Below, in pieces: positions 31,169-42,307 of a stretch of DNA of 64,000 bases. The stretch comes from an uncultured Actinomycetota bacterium. Its GTDB lineage: Bacteria; Actinomycetota; Humimicrobiia; Humimicrobiales; Humimicrobiaceae. Within the stretch, counting starts at the first letter, position 1. Every line of letters starts with the position of its first letter. The notes under the pieces are model-generated. The model made no database searches. It worked only from the letters and a program-made list of their open reading frames with translations, and had not been told where the DNA came from. The stretch covers positions 2,691-66,690 of the forward strand of contig CAZLOE010000003.1 of NCBI GenBank assembly GCA_964561115.1. Direction: 5' to 3'. Position numbers and translations under genes: made by a program.

Positions 31169-32365
31169 TTATTTGAACTCTTGAAAAGCTACTTCATGGT
31201 CTTTTCTTACTTCTCTCCATAGGTAAATATTTTCTACCAGGCCAATGCCCAGCAGCAGACTTATAAGGCTGGAACCTCCGGAACTTAAAAAAGGCAGAGG
31301 AATTCCAATGACTGGCATTATACCTATAGTCATACCTATATTTATAATCACCTGTGATAAAATTATAAGACCAACACCTGCACCCAGAAGCCTTGCAAAG
31401 CTGTCTGAAGAATTAAGGGCTATATGAAAACATCTCCATATAATAACGCCGAGGACTAATATCACCACCAGCGCTCCAATAAAACCCAGTTCTTCTCCAA
31501 CGACAGAAAATATGAAATCAGTGTGGTGCTCAGGGACATAATTTAAATTTGTCTGTTTTCCTAAAAAGAGGCCTTTTCCTAAAATACCCCCGGAACCAAT
31601 TGCCAGTTTGGACTGAAATAAATTATAGCCGGCACCTTCACTTGTAGCCTCAGGATTTAAAACTACTAAAATCCTGTCCAGCTGATACTGCTTTATTAAT
31701 CCGTCTTTAAGGGCCAGGAAAAATCCTCCCATGGTCAATCCGGCTATTGCCAGTAAGTACAGGAAATTAGCTCCGGATAAAAATAACAGTCCTATGTACA
31801 CAATAAAATAAATAAGTGCAGTGCCATAATCAGGTTCAAGTAAAACTAGTGCTATAAACACCAAAGTCACCGCAAATGAAATGACGACTTTCTTAAATGT
31901 GACCCCGTATACTTTCTCACCTTTCCACTTTGACATAACTGCAGCCAGAGACACCACCATAAAGATTTTAGAGAACTCTGAAGGCTGGGCAGTAAAGAAC
32001 TTTAGATCTATCCAGCTTTTTGACCCGTACACCTCATAACCAAAGATAAGAACAGCTACCAGTAAAAGAACACCTATAATAAAAGCAAGCCACCAGAATT
32101 TCCTGATTTTTCTGTAATTTATGAACTGCAGTGCGATAAACAGTATCATACCGATTGCAAGTCCTATTAGCTGTTTCTTTAAATAATTCTGCGGGTCAGT
32201 CACCCCTCCCGGGAGGGTTTCTCTGGTGGCACTGTATACAATCAAAACCCCGAACGAAGATATAGCAATAACTAAGAAGAATAATACAAAGTCAAATCTT
32301 ATCCTTCTTTTATTATCACTGAGGTTTCCAAAATCACTAAAGCTCTTTTTTCTTCTTTTTATCAT
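31169..32365 (-). CDS. rodA: SEDS-family peptidoglycan glycosyltransferase RodA
   Basis: 398 aa polytopic protein adjacent to mrdA and mreBCD. Confidence 0.85.
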   Translation of the reverse strand: MIKRRKKSFSDFGNLSDNKRRIRFDFVLFFLVIAISSFGVLIVYSATRETLPGGVTDPQNYLKKQLIGLAIGMILFIALQFINYRKIRKFWWLAFIIGVLLLVAVLIFGYEVYGSKSWIDLKFFTAQPSEFSKIFMVVSLAAVMSKWKGEKVYGVTFKKVVISFAVTLVFIALVLLEPDYGTALIYFIVYIGLLFLSGANFLYLLAIAGLTMGGFFLALKDGLIKQYQLDRILVVLNPEATSEGAGYNLFQSKLAIGSGGILGKGLFLGKQTNLNYVPEHHTDFIFSVVGEELGFIGALVVILVLGVIIWRCFHIALNSSDSFARLLGAGVGLIILSQVIINIGMTIGIMPVIGIPLPFLSSGGSSLISLLLGIGLVENIYLWREVRKDHEVAFQEFK

Positions 32366-32378
32366 TTATAATCACTAT

Positions 32379-34250
32379 TTATTCAATATTAAATAGATAT
32401 CGGTATATTTCTTCTGCAATCGGGGCAACGTTGCTTCCGCCGGAACCTGCTTCTTCAAGCATTGCTACTATTACATATTCAGTATTCCCTACGGGAGCAT
32501 AACTCGCAAACCAGGCGTAATCCTGTCTACCGTAAAACTCAGCAGTACCGGTCTTCCCTGCCATCGGTATTTCATTTAGAGGGAAACCGGTAAAAGCACC
32601 GGCAGCGGTACCTCCGGTACCGACTACCTGAACTAACCCATCTTCTATGATTTCAAGGAAATGCTCATTAAGTTTTAAATCCTGGTTTTCAACTGTAGAA
32701 TTCTCTAAAAATAAATCGCCGTAACTATCTCTTATTTCTTTAACCAGATGAGGTGTAAATTTTACACCGCGGTTGGCAATTATTAAAAAAGCCTGTGCCA
32801 TTTGAAGCGGTGTTGCCAGCAGGTCCCCCTGCCCTATAGCCATATTTACAGTATCACCGGGAAACCAGACAGAGTATTCCGGCCGGGACTTAAAATAATC
32901 CTCTTTCCATTCTTTATCTGAGACCAGCCCTTGATCTTCATAAGGAAGGTCCACACCAGTTTTTTCACCAAAACCAAAAGTCCCTAAATACTGCTGAAGA
33001 AGTTCCTGGCTATTATCATATTTTTTAAAAAGTCCATAGCCCACCTGATAGAAAAATATGTCACAGGAGTTTTTAAAAGCTCCTCTTACATCAAGACTTC
33101 CATGAACCGACCAGCAGCTTTTTGGAGAATCTTCCCCCAGCCCAAGCCACACTCCCGAACAATTTAATTTTGTCCCTTCACTGATCACACCCTCATTTAG
33201 CCCTGCGTAACCTGTGACTATCTTTATTACCGAACCAGGTGGAAAAGCATTGACCGCCCTGTTATTCAAGGGGTAGTAGTTTTGTGGGTCATTTAGATAA
33301 TCCCAATCAGCATATGATATACCCCCTATGAATAATTCAGGTTTAAAAGTAGGGTAGCTGGCCATAGCCAGTATCTGACCATTGGCGGGATCAAGTACCA
33401 CTACCGCCCCGCCCGGGACTTTATAATACTGGTCCGTATTCCTGTCTTTCTTTAACCTTGCCGCTAAAATAGACTGGTAAAGAATCTCCTCAACAGCTCT
33501 CTGCAGGTCAATATCAATTGTCAGGTATAAATCATTCCCACAAATCGGATCAGTCTCTTCCAGAACGCTTACCGGTCTCTCTAAGGGGTCGACTTCATAT
33601 ATTTTCTTACCCTTCTTCCCCCTGAGCATGCTCTCATAAGTTTCTTCCAGCCCGCTAAGTCCTATCTGATCTCCTCCTTCATAATCATCCCCATATTCCT
33701 TTGACTTAAGCCTCTCCTCATCAATCTCTCCGGTATATCCCAACAGGTGTGATGCCAGAAAATCGTAATTATACTTTCTCAAATATACATCGATTACTTC
33801 AACCCCGGGCAGGCTGCTGCTGTTCTCTTTAAGATATATCAGGTCAGCTGTATCGATATCTATCTTTAAAATAACTCTATCAATATACGACAGGTTGCTT
33901 TGGTTTATTTTTTCCTTTATATCTTCCACAGACATATCCAGACAGCTGCTTAAGGTATCTATGACCTCTTCATTTTTAGAGACAATATTGGGTTCTACGG
34001 CCACTGCACTGACTGGAACACTCTCTACTAATAATTTACCGTTCCGGTCATAAATATTTCCCCGCGGAGCTGCAATTGTTTTCTCTCTGACAATACTCTC
34101 AGAAGCCAGTTCAGCATATAATTCTCCGCCCATTACCTGCATAAAGAAAAGCCTTAATATGAGCACTATTAAAACCATTACCAGTAAATAAATTATTATT
34201 CTAAATCTTATCCTTATATTTGAACTCAAGTTCTGCACCCTCTCTTGCAC
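32379..34250 (-). CDS. mrdA: penicillin-binding protein 2 (elongasome transpeptidase)
   Basis: 623 aa with transpeptidase motifs SVIK and KTG. Confidence 0.85.
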   Translation of the reverse strand: MQERVQNLSSNIRIRFRIIIYLLVMVLIVLILRLFFMQVMGGELYAELASESIVREKTIAAPRGNIYDRNGKLLVESVPVSAVAVEPNIVSKNEEVIDTLSSCLDMSVEDIKEKINQSNLSYIDRVILKIDIDTADLIYLKENSSSLPGVEVIDVYLRKYNYDFLASHLLGYTGEIDEERLKSKEYGDDYEGGDQIGLSGLEETYESMLRGKKGKKIYEVDPLERPVSVLEETDPICGNDLYLTIDIDLQRAVEEILYQSILAARLKKDRNTDQYYKVPGGAVVVLDPANGQILAMASYPTFKPELFIGGISYADWDYLNDPQNYYPLNNRAVNAFPPGSVIKIVTGYAGLNEGVISEGTKLNCSGVWLGLGEDSPKSCWSVHGSLDVRGAFKNSCDIFFYQVGYGLFKKYDNSQELLQQYLGTFGFGEKTGVDLPYEDQGLVSDKEWKEDYFKSRPEYSVWFPGDTVNMAIGQGDLLATPLQMAQAFLIIANRGVKFTPHLVKEIRDSYGDLFLENSTVENQDLKLNEHFLEIIEDGLVQVVGTGGTAAGAFTGFPLNEIPMAGKTGTAEFYGRQDYAWFASYAPVGNTEYVIVAMLEEAGSGGSNVAPIAEEIYRYLFNIE

Positions 34251-34719
34251 CTATTTTTATAACAGGAAAGATAATAAACATCAAAATTATATTACAGACA
34301 GGCGCGGTTATCATTTCTAATCCTATCCTGAGTAAATTGCTGTTAAAATTAAACAAATAACGTATTAGACTTAAGGCCAAAACGTTTATTTCTGTGACCA
34401 TAAAAACAATAAATAAATAATTTAGAAGCCTGTATCTGAATTCTTCCGTAATAAGTCTGCTCGCAACAAAGGCACTTAAAGAATAGATGAATGCACTTAT
34501 TCCTACAATATCACCTACTGCAAGATCCAGTATCAGCCCTATTACAAATCCATACAACAATCCCCAAAAAAGACCGTCAAACAGAGTGACTGCTATTACC
34601 ACCACCAAAATCAGATCAAAGTTCAGGGAAAATGATTTAAAATACTCGAAAAAGACTATCTGCAGCAGTAGACAGATAATCAATATAAAGAAGTGTAATA
34701 TTCTATAAAAAGTCTTCAT
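34201..34719 (-). CDS. mreD: rod shape-determining protein MreD
   Basis: 172 aa hydrophobic protein downstream of mreC. Confidence 0.7.
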   Translation of the reverse strand: MKTFYRILHFFILIICLLLQIVFFEYFKSFSLNFDLILVVVIAVTLFDGLFWGLLYGFVIGLILDLAVGDIVGISAFIYSLSAFVASRLITEEFRYRLLNYLFIVFMVTEINVLALSLIRYLFNFNSNLLRIGLEMITAPVCNIILMFIIFPVIKIGAREGAELEFKYKDKI

Positions 34720-34736
34720 ATCTTATAAACGGTATT

Positions 34737-35546
34737 TTACTCCTTTATCACCAGAACATATTCGATCTTTTTAAAATCTACAAAAGGTTCGATTTCAATT
34801 GATTTATAGGGATCACCTGCATTTTCAGAAACTTTACTTATCCGGCCTATTAAAATCTCTCCGGGAAAATTTCCATATTCCGATGTGATCACTATATCGC
34901 CCTTAAATACCGGCTCTTCACTTAAAATATAATTAAGGCTGATCTTTCTATCCTGGCTGCCCTGGATAACCCCAAGTTTTCTTGAAGATAAAATCCTTAC
35001 GCCGATGTTAGTCTGGGGATCATTTATAAGTCTTACATTGCATGAATCATTACCGGTCATTGCTACCACTCCTACCAGCCCGTCTTCATTGACAACTACC
35101 ATCCCCTCCAGTACTCCATCACTATTACCGACATTCAAAATAACTTCTGACTGCCAATTGTTTTCATAGTATCCTATTACTTTTGCAGGTATGGTTAGAT
35201 GATCTTTTCTAAGTTCTATACCAAGCAGTTTCCTTAAGGCATCATTCTCTACCTTAAGGTTTACATTTTTACTATATTCACTTCTGAGTTCTGAATTCTC
35301 TTCCTGGAGCTTCAGGTATTTGTCTCTTAGTTTTATATAATCCCCTATTGAATTAAAAAAACGGGTTATAGGATTAAAGAATAAAATAAGCTTTTCCTGG
35401 ACCGGTTTTAAAAAATCAACAGTTTTTGCTTTTATACCCTGGACTAATTCAGACTGCCTGTAACTTACGGTAATTATTACCAGACATAAAACAATTATGA
35501 TGATTAGAATAATAAAGTATTTAAATCTTCTATTTAATGCAGCCAT
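34737..35546 (-). CDS. mreC: rod shape-determining protein MreC
   Basis: 269 aa with an N-terminal TM segment, a coiled coil and beta domains. Confidence 0.85.
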   Translation of the reverse strand: MAALNRRFKYFIILIIIIVLCLVIITVSYRQSELVQGIKAKTVDFLKPVQEKLILFFNPITRFFNSIGDYIKLRDKYLKLQEENSELRSEYSKNVNLKVENDALRKLLGIELRKDHLTIPAKVIGYYENNWQSEVILNVGNSDGVLEGMVVVNEDGLVGVVAMTGNDSCNVRLINDPQTNIGVRILSSRKLGVIQGSQDRKISLNYILSEEPVFKGDIVITSEYGNFPGEILIGRISKVSENAGDPYKSIEIEPFVDFKKIEYVLVIKE

Positions 35547-35577
35547 GAGTAAATATATAGGTTGAATGTAAAATCAG

Positions 35578-36612
35578 TTACTTTGAATACTTCAGATATT
35601 TCTTATAAGCATTAAAATCCTCAATGCATTTGCCCGCTCCCATAGCTACTGCTGCTATAGGATCTGCAGCAAGGCGTACATCACAATGTGTCTCCCTTGC
35701 TATTCTTTCAGCTAGTCCCTTAAGAAGTGCCCCTCCTCCCGCCAGAACAATACCTCTTTTCAATATATCTGAAGCAAGTTCCGGAGGTGTGACATCAAGT
35801 ACTTCAACAATGGCATTTACGATATCATTCAATTCCTTTTCCAGTGCTTTTCTCATCTGCTGGCTGGTAACAATAATTGTCTTGGGAAGCCCGGTTACCA
35901 GATCCCTTCCGTTTATTTCCATCTTCTTCTCATCTTCAAGGGGGAAGGCAGACCCTATCTCCATTTTCACCTTTTCTGCAGTCCTCTCTCCTAAAAACAG
36001 GTTGTGCTCCTTCTTTAAATAATAGATTATAGCTTCATCCATTTCATCACCGCCGATCCTGAGCGACTGGCTTACAATTATTGCTCCCAGAGAGATGACA
36101 GCCACTTCAGAAGTTCCACCGCCAATATCAATGATCATACTGCCGCTGGGCTTTTCAATAGGCAAATTTGTACCTATTGCCGCAGCCAGAGGTTCTTCAA
36201 TTATATAAGCTGCCCTTGCACCAGCCTGTTCGGTAGTCTCAACAACCGCCTTTTTTTCAACAGGCGTAATTCCTGATGGGACACAAATGACTATCCTCGG
36301 TCTGGCAAAAGCAACATTTTTATGAACTCTTTGAATAAAATATCTGAGCATTTTCTCTGTTATTTCAAAATCAGCGATCACTCCATCTTTTAACGGCCTG
36401 ACAGCTACTATATTCTCGGGTGTCCTTCCAACCATTTTTTTAGCTTCTCTTCCAACTGCCAGCACTTTGTTAGTCTCTTTGTCAATAGCCACAATAGAAG
36501 GCTCTTCCAGGACTATTCCCTTGCCTTTTACATATATCAGAGTAGTAGCTGTCCCCAGATCGATACCCATGTCTCTACCTATGACATTCAAGAAAAAATC
36601 AAATATCGGCAT
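35578..36612 (-). CDS. mreB: rod shape-determining protein MreB (actin homologue)
   Basis: 344 aa with GIDLGTATT and an actin/Hsp70 fold. Confidence 0.95.
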   Translation of the reverse strand: MPIFDFFLNVIGRDMGIDLGTATTLIYVKGKGIVLEEPSIVAIDKETNKVLAVGREAKKMVGRTPENIVAVRPLKDGVIADFEITEKMLRYFIQRVHKNVAFARPRIVICVPSGITPVEKKAVVETTEQAGARAAYIIEEPLAAAIGTNLPIEKPSGSMIIDIGGGTSEVAVISLGAIIVSQSLRIGGDEMDEAIIYYLKKEHNLFLGERTAEKVKMEIGSAFPLEDEKKMEINGRDLVTGLPKTIIVTSQQMRKALEKELNDIVNAIVEVLDVTPPELASDILKRGIVLAGGGALLKGLAERIARETHCDVRLAADPIAAVAMGAGKCIEDFNAYKKYLKYSK

Positions 36613-36627
36613 CCATAAACTCCTTAA

Positions 36628-37329
36628 TCAACTAATGACTCTAAATCCAAACCTCTCCAGTAAGTCTACAAATTTTATTACAGGAAGTCCGGCTGCATTA
36701 AAAAAGCAACCGCCGATCTTCTCCACCAATAAACTTCCTAACCCAAAAATATTATAAGCACCGGCCTTGTCCAGTACCTCTTCCTTGTCTATATATACTT
36801 CAATCTCCTTTGGCATCAGCTTCCTAAATTTTACTCTGGTAGTTTCAGCGTCAAACTGGCATTCTCCTGATATGCTGTTTAAAACACAAACACCGCTTAT
36901 TACCTTATGTACCCTGCCGGACAGAATATTTAAAAATTTTTCTGCCTCCTCGATACTGCCGGGTTTTCCAAAACACTTTCTTTTAAAGTACACCACTGTA
37001 TCAAAACCTGCAATCAAAAACTGCTCCTTATAATCAGAGTCTTTCCCTTTCAGCCTGCTTTTTTTTATATTATTATAAACATTTTCTGCTTTTATAATAC
37101 TATTGCTGATAACAGTCTTATAAGGATCTTTAAACTGCACCTCTTTGCAATTTTCAGGTTCTACCGCTTTATAATCTATTTTTAATATCCTTAGTATCTC
37201 ACTCCTTCTCGGAGATGCGGAAGCTAGTACGATCTTTTTTTTATACCCTTTTTGTTCCAATATCAGCCGGTTCTCTATCAAAAAATAATTTAATCTCCCT
37301 TTCAGCACTTTCCTTAGAATCCGAACCAT
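36628..37329 (-). CDS. maf: Maf nucleoside triphosphate pyrophosphatase (start uncertain)
   Basis: KKIVLASASPRRSEIL is the Maf signature. The annotated ATG at 37329 overlaps ndk by 89 nt. An internal TTG at 37260 or a later codon is an alternative start. Confidence 0.75.
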   Translation of the reverse strand: MVRILRKVLKGRLNYFLIENRLILEQKGYKKKIVLASASPRRSEILRILKIDYKAVEPENCKEVQFKDPYKTVISNSIIKAENVYNNIKKSRLKGKDSDYKEQFLIAGFDTVVYFKRKCFGKPGSIEEAEKFLNILSGRVHKVISGVCVLNSISGECQFDAETTRVKFRKLMPKEIEVYIDKEEVLDKAGAYNIFGLGSLLVEKIGGCFFNAAGLPVIKFVDLLERFGFRVIS

Positions 37330-37672
37330 GAATCACATTCGCAGTTATATCATCACCAAAGTCTCCCCTGATGGTCCCTTTTTTGGCAATTCTGGAATCA
37401 GTCGGTCCCATAAGTTCTCTGGCTCTGTTAATGGCATTATCCCCGCTTATAACCATTATCACTACAAGGCCGGAAGTTATATAATCGATCAACATATTGA
37501 AAAACTCTTTGTCTTTATGTTCATTATAATGTTTCTCTGCGAGATTGCGGCTTATTTTTATCATTTTTAGTTTCTCAATAATCAGATCTTCCTTTTCAAA
37601 ACGCGATATTATCTCTCCGATTATTCTTTTCTTTACTCCGTCAGGTTTTATAATAATCAGACTTTTTTCCAT
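37241..37672 (-). CDS. ndk: nucleoside diphosphate kinase
   Basis: 143 aa with the NIIHGSD-type active site (NVIHGSDS). Confidence 0.9.
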   Translation of the reverse strand: MEKSLIIIKPDGVKKRIIGEIISRFEKEDLIIEKLKMIKISRNLAEKHYNEHKDKEFFNMLIDYITSGLVVIMVISGDNAINRARELMGPTDSRIAKKGTIRGDFGDDITANVIHGSDSKESAEREIKLFFDREPADIGTKRV

Positions 37673-37747
37673 ATTATCTCCAAAATTCTTATGCTAAATT
37701 TCTTTCAGCAACCCTTATGACCATTCACTTAAACCCAATTACTCCGC

Positions 37748-38221
37748 TTATTGGGTAGTTTTACAGTATGGGCATACTTTCCAGTTCAAATCTAAAGTTT
37801 TACCACAATTAATACAGGAACTCTTTAATTTCTTTCTGCAGTAAGGGCAGATCAAAAACTCATCCTTGATCTTATTCCCGCATGCAGGGCAGATAGATTG
37901 TTTACTGTTAAGCAGTGCCTGCATCCTCTCAATTTCAAGATCCCTTTCTACTACATCATCAATGTATTCCGGAGGTCTTAAGATTAAATATAATATTAAC
38001 CCTAAAAAATTTAACACCAGGACTACCAGAGACCAAAAAATCGCAGGAATCACGGACTCGCTTCTGAGTTTTGCATCTCTAAAAGTCCAGTAAACAAAGG
38101 CAAGCCAGATAATAATCAAAACAAAAACAATACCGTAGATCAAATATTTCCATGCGGGATTCCTAAAAAAAGCTAAAACATCATTGATATACCCAAATAA
38201 ATCCATTTGCCCTCCAAACAA
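37748..38221 (-). CDS. membrane protein with C-terminal double zinc-ribbon
   Basis: 157 aa with two TM helices, then CPACGNK...CPYCRKK...CINCGK...CPYCK. Confidence 0.6.
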   Translation of the reverse strand: MFGGQMDLFGYINDVLAFFRNPAWKYLIYGIVFVLIIIWLAFVYWTFRDAKLRSESVIPAIFWSLVVLVLNFLGLILYLILRPPEYIDDVVERDLEIERMQALLNSKQSICPACGNKIKDEFLICPYCRKKLKSSCINCGKTLDLNWKVCPYCKTTQ

Positions 38222-38265
38222 TACTTATTATATTCACCGATCTTAGTGCCAAACCATAAAATTTA

Positions 38266-39582
38266 TTAATTAATTACATTACTCAAATTGGTTATTGAAC
38301 CAGTAATGCATATAATATCATTTTCCCCAGAAATTTTTAAAGCAAATTTTACAGAATTTTTTATGTTATCCCTCCGGTATATTTCAACCGGCAGGCGGGC
38401 TGTGCCTTTAAATGATTTTATTTTACTCCTGACAACCTTTTCCAGTTCACCTGTATCTAAACTTCGCCTGTCTAAACTTGAAGTCAAAATCAAAATATCG
38501 CTCACAGATATGACCTTCTCTATCATTTCTTCATATTTTTTATCCTTCAGAACAGCAAAAATTATAATTTTTTTCTTATCACCAAAGTATCTTATGACAT
38601 CCTCTGTAAAATTTTCTATTCCCTCCGGGTTATGAGAAGCATCCGCAACTACAACCGGCCCTTTTCTTATGATCTCAAACCTTCCTCTGACCCTTATGTC
38701 AGACAGGGCCTCATTCAATTTATGTTTTATTATCTTCCTTTTTCTACTTTCAAGGTAAAGCTCAGAAAGTACTACTGCCAGAGACAGATTTAAAAGCTGA
38801 TACTGCCCGAGAAGGTGCAATCTTAGATCCCTATACACTTTATTTATTCCCTTTATATCAACGATCCACCCTTCCAGCCCCAGATCCACCTTTTTTCGAA
38901 TGCCAAAATCTTTTCCTGAGCAGAACAGCCTTGAACCGGTACCCTCTGCTTTTTTTATTATTATCTCCAGCACCTCCGGACTGCTGCTTGTAGTTGCAAC
39001 CATTGCGCCCTCTTTTATGACTTCTACTTTCTCGGCCGCTATTTCTTCGATGGTATTACCTAACATCTTAGTATGTTCAAGACTCACACCTGTAAGCCCT
39101 ACGACCTTTGAACAGGCGATATTGGTGGCATCCCATCTTCCACCCATTCCTGCTTCAAGCACCAGGACCTCTATACCTTCATCTTCTGCTAATTTGAATG
39201 CCATCGCAGAGATTATTTCAAACTGGGTAATAGGACCATTAAGGTCTATCTTATTGACTTGCTTAATATAAGGATATATTTGGTTAAACACACGGGCGAA
39301 CTTCGCTTCTGACACTTCTTTTCCACAGATCCACATTCTTTCGGTGTAACTTCTTATATGGGGAGAGATATGATAGCCGGTAGGTATGCCGTGATGATTT
39401 AATATACTGGCAACCATCTTTGTCGTGGAAGTCTTTCCGTTGGTTCCGACAATATGAATAAAATCAATCTTCCTGTGGGGGTTGCCCAAAAGCTGAAGTA
39501 TTTTTTCGATTCTTTCCAGGCCTGGCTTTATTCCAAAAATAAGGCAGCCGTCTAAATATTTGCTTACTTGCCTGAAATTCAC
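38266..39582 (-). CDS. folC: folylpolyglutamate synthase/dihydrofolate synthase
   Basis: 438 aa, Mur ligase family (VGTNGKTST). Confidence 0.9.
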   Translation of the reverse strand: MNFRQVSKYLDGCLIFGIKPGLERIEKILQLLGNPHRKIDFIHIVGTNGKTSTTKMVASILNHHGIPTGYHISPHIRSYTERMWICGKEVSEAKFARVFNQIYPYIKQVNKIDLNGPITQFEIISAMAFKLAEDEGIEVLVLEAGMGGRWDATNIACSKVVGLTGVSLEHTKMLGNTIEEIAAEKVEVIKEGAMVATTSSSPEVLEIIIKKAEGTGSRLFCSGKDFGIRKKVDLGLEGWIVDIKGINKVYRDLRLHLLGQYQLLNLSLAVVLSELYLESRKRKIIKHKLNEALSDIRVRGRFEIIRKGPVVVADASHNPEGIENFTEDVIRYFGDKKKIIIFAVLKDKKYEEMIEKVISVSDILILTSSLDRRSLDTGELEKVVRSKIKSFKGTARLPVEIYRRDNIKNSVKFALKISGENDIICITGSITNLSNVIN

Positions 39583-39607
39583 TGTCTCTCACTTTTATTA
39601 CTGGTTG

Positions 39608-42307
39608 CTATTTACTGGCACCTTCGATCCTGGTTAACTGATCATTCAAAACTTTTAGAGTTTTTTCTGCCTGGTCCAGCCTGTCTTTCTCTTTCTGGAT
39701 TATTTCTACCGGTGCTTTATTATTAAAAGCAGGATTTGAGATCTTCTTTTTGCTTTTTTCTATTACTGTATTTGTTTTTGCCATCTGGTTCTTTATTCTG
39801 TTGATCTCCAGCTTTATATCAACCACATCAAGAATATAAATAAATATGTTTATATTTCTTATAGTGGTCTTAATATATCCTTTTTGACCGGTGCAATCTT
39901 TAAATTCTATACTGTTTACTTTCCCAAGACTGTAAATATATTCTTTGTTTTTTTCTAATATACCTTTACTTTCTGTCTCAGATACCTCTAAATTGACCTT
40001 TACTCTGTCAGCTGGACTTATTTTAAGTTCAGATCTTATTTTCCTTATTTCACTTATGACATCAAAAACCATCCCTACCTTATCTTCTGCGTCCTTGTCT
40101 ACCCTTTCTGGATCAAATTCCGGAAAGCTTTCTGTCATTATACTTTCACCCTTATGAGGAATATTCTGCCAGATCGCTTCTGTAATAAAAGGCATAAAGG
40201 GATGAAGCAGCTTAAGATATTTTTCCAAAACATACCATAATATAAATAATGCACTTCTTCTGCCATCATCATTTCCTTCAGAATAAATTCTGACTTTTGT
40301 CGATTCAATGTACCAGTCACAATATTCATTCCAGAAGAAATCATTCAGAAGTCTTGATGCAAAAGAAAAATTATACTTTGCCATATATTTTTCAACATCC
40401 CTGATAGTGCTGTTTAATCCGGACAATATCCACTTGTCCCATAGATTCAAACCAAGATTTTCGATATCCATTCTGTAAATATCCGTATCTTTACTTATGT
40501 TCGATATCACAAACTTAGAAGCGTTCCATAATTTGTTGGCAAAATTTCTAACTCCCTCAATCTTTTCATCACCTAAATTCAAATTTTTCCCAGGTGTTGT
40601 CAGAGAGGTGAGGGTAAATCTTAAAACATCCGAGCCGTTTTTTTCAATCACTTTTATAGGGTCTACTACATTGCCTTTGGATTTACTCATTTTCTGTCCG
40701 TATGCATCAATGACGATTGGATTTATAAACACTTCCCTGAAAGGAATATCTTCCATAAAATAAAGGCTCATCATTATCATTCTTGCCACCCAGAAAAAAA
40801 TGATATCATGGGCAGTCACCAGAACAGATGTGGGAAAGAAATATTTAAGTTCCTCTGTTTCTTCAGGCCATCCAAAAACCGCAAAAGGCCAGAGGCAGGA
40901 GCTGAACCATGTATCCAGTACATCCTTATCCTGTTCTATATTACTGCTGCCGCATCCCAGGCAGACAGCGGGGCTCTCCTCGCTTACAGTCATTTCGCCG
41001 CAATCTTTGCAATACCATACCGGAATGCGATGCCCCCACCACAGCTGTCGGGATATACACCAGTCCCTTATATTTTTCATCCAGTCAAAATATATCTTAT
41101 CCCATTTTTTGGGGGTTATTTTTATCCTTCCCTCTTCTACTGCCTGGATAGCCGGTGCAGCCAGCTTTTTCATCGATACAAACCACTGCAGGGAAATCCT
41201 CGGCTCCACTATAGTACCGCACCTTGAACAGATCCCGATTGCTGAAGTGTGCACATCCTTACCTGCCAGATAGCCCTGCTTATTAAGATCATTTAATACT
41301 TTCTTTCTTGCGATATTGCGGTCCAGTCCATTGTATTTTCCTGCATTGGAATTCAAAGTGGCATCTTCATTGAATATATTGATCTGCTCGAGATCATGCC
41401 TTTTCCCAATTTCAAAATCATTAGGGTCATGTGCCGGTGTGACCTTGACAGCGCCGCTTCCAAATTCCATATCTGCAAAATCATCTTCTATGACAGGTAT
41501 TTTCCTTTTCATCAGAGGGAGAAAGACAAACCTGCCCTTATATTTTTTATATCTGGGATCCTTTGGATTTACAGCAACTGCAGTATCTCCAAGCATAGTC
41601 TCTGGTCTTGTCGTTGAGACTACTATATATTCATCTTTACTCGGTTTACCGCTCTTCACATCTATTAAGGGATATTTTATATCCCACAGATTTCCTTCTT
41701 TCTGGATGTGTTCTACTTCAATATCCGAAATAGCAGTCCGACACCTGGGGCACCAATTGACCATATAATTCCCCCTGTATATCAGGCCATCTCTATACAG
41801 TGCAACAAATTCTTTTGTAACCGCCCTGCAGTAAAGATCATCAAGAGTAAATCTTTCTTTATCCCAATCACATGAACATCCCAGCAATTTTAACTGAGTT
41901 ATTATCCGGCTGCCGTATTTCTCCTTCCAGCGCCATACTTCTTTAATAAACTTTTCTCTTCCAAGTTTAAATCTATTTGTTTTCTTTTCTTCGAGAGCCT
42001 TTTCAACCACATTCTGAGTAGCTATTCCTGCATGATCAGTGCCGGGTACCCAGGTAGTGTTACACCCCTTCATTCTCCTATACCTGATAATCACATCCTG
42101 CAGGGTATTGTTTAGAGCATGGCCCATATGAAGGTATCCGGTCACGTTAGGAGGCGGTATTACAATAGAGAAGGGCTTTTTTGATTTATCGACTATTGCA
42201 AGAAAATATTTATTTTCTAACCAGTGGCTGTAGATTTTTTGTTCAAGCGTTAAGGGGTCATATTTGCCTTCGACCTTGCCAAACGTTTTAAGCTGATTTT
42301 TCCTCAT
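39608..42307 (-). CDS. valS: valyl-tRNA synthetase
   Basis: 899 aa with [12 protein letters not shown] and a C-terminal coiled coil. Confidence 0.95.
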   Translation of the reverse strand: MRKNQLKTFGKVEGKYDPLTLEQKIYSHWLENKYFLAIVDKSKKPFSIVIPPPNVTGYLHMGHALNNTLQDVIIRYRRMKGCNTTWVPGTDHAGIATQNVVEKALEEKKTNRFKLGREKFIKEVWRWKEKYGSRIITQLKLLGCSCDWDKERFTLDDLYCRAVTKEFVALYRDGLIYRGNYMVNWCPRCRTAISDIEVEHIQKEGNLWDIKYPLIDVKSGKPSKDEYIVVSTTRPETMLGDTAVAVNPKDPRYKKYKGRFVFLPLMKRKIPVIEDDFADMEFGSGAVKVTPAHDPNDFEIGKRHDLEQINIFNEDATLNSNAGKYNGLDRNIARKKVLNDLNKQGYLAGKDVHTSAIGICSRCGTIVEPRISLQWFVSMKKLAAPAIQAVEEGRIKITPKKWDKIYFDWMKNIRDWCISRQLWWGHRIPVWYCKDCGEMTVSEESPAVCLGCGSSNIEQDKDVLDTWFSSCLWPFAVFGWPEETEELKYFFPTSVLVTAHDIIFFWVARMIMMSLYFMEDIPFREVFINPIVIDAYGQKMSKSKGNVVDPIKVIEKNGSDVLRFTLTSLTTPGKNLNLGDEKIEGVRNFANKLWNASKFVISNISKDTDIYRMDIENLGLNLWDKWILSGLNSTIRDVEKYMAKYNFSFASRLLNDFFWNEYCDWYIESTKVRIYSEGNDDGRRSALFILWYVLEKYLKLLHPFMPFITEAIWQNIPHKGESIMTESFPEFDPERVDKDAEDKVGMVFDVISEIRKIRSELKISPADRVKVNLEVSETESKGILEKNKEYIYSLGKVNSIEFKDCTGQKGYIKTTIRNINIFIYILDVVDIKLEINRIKNQMAKTNTVIEKSKKKISNPAFNNKAPVEIIQKEKDRLDQAEKTLKVLNDQLTRIEGASK

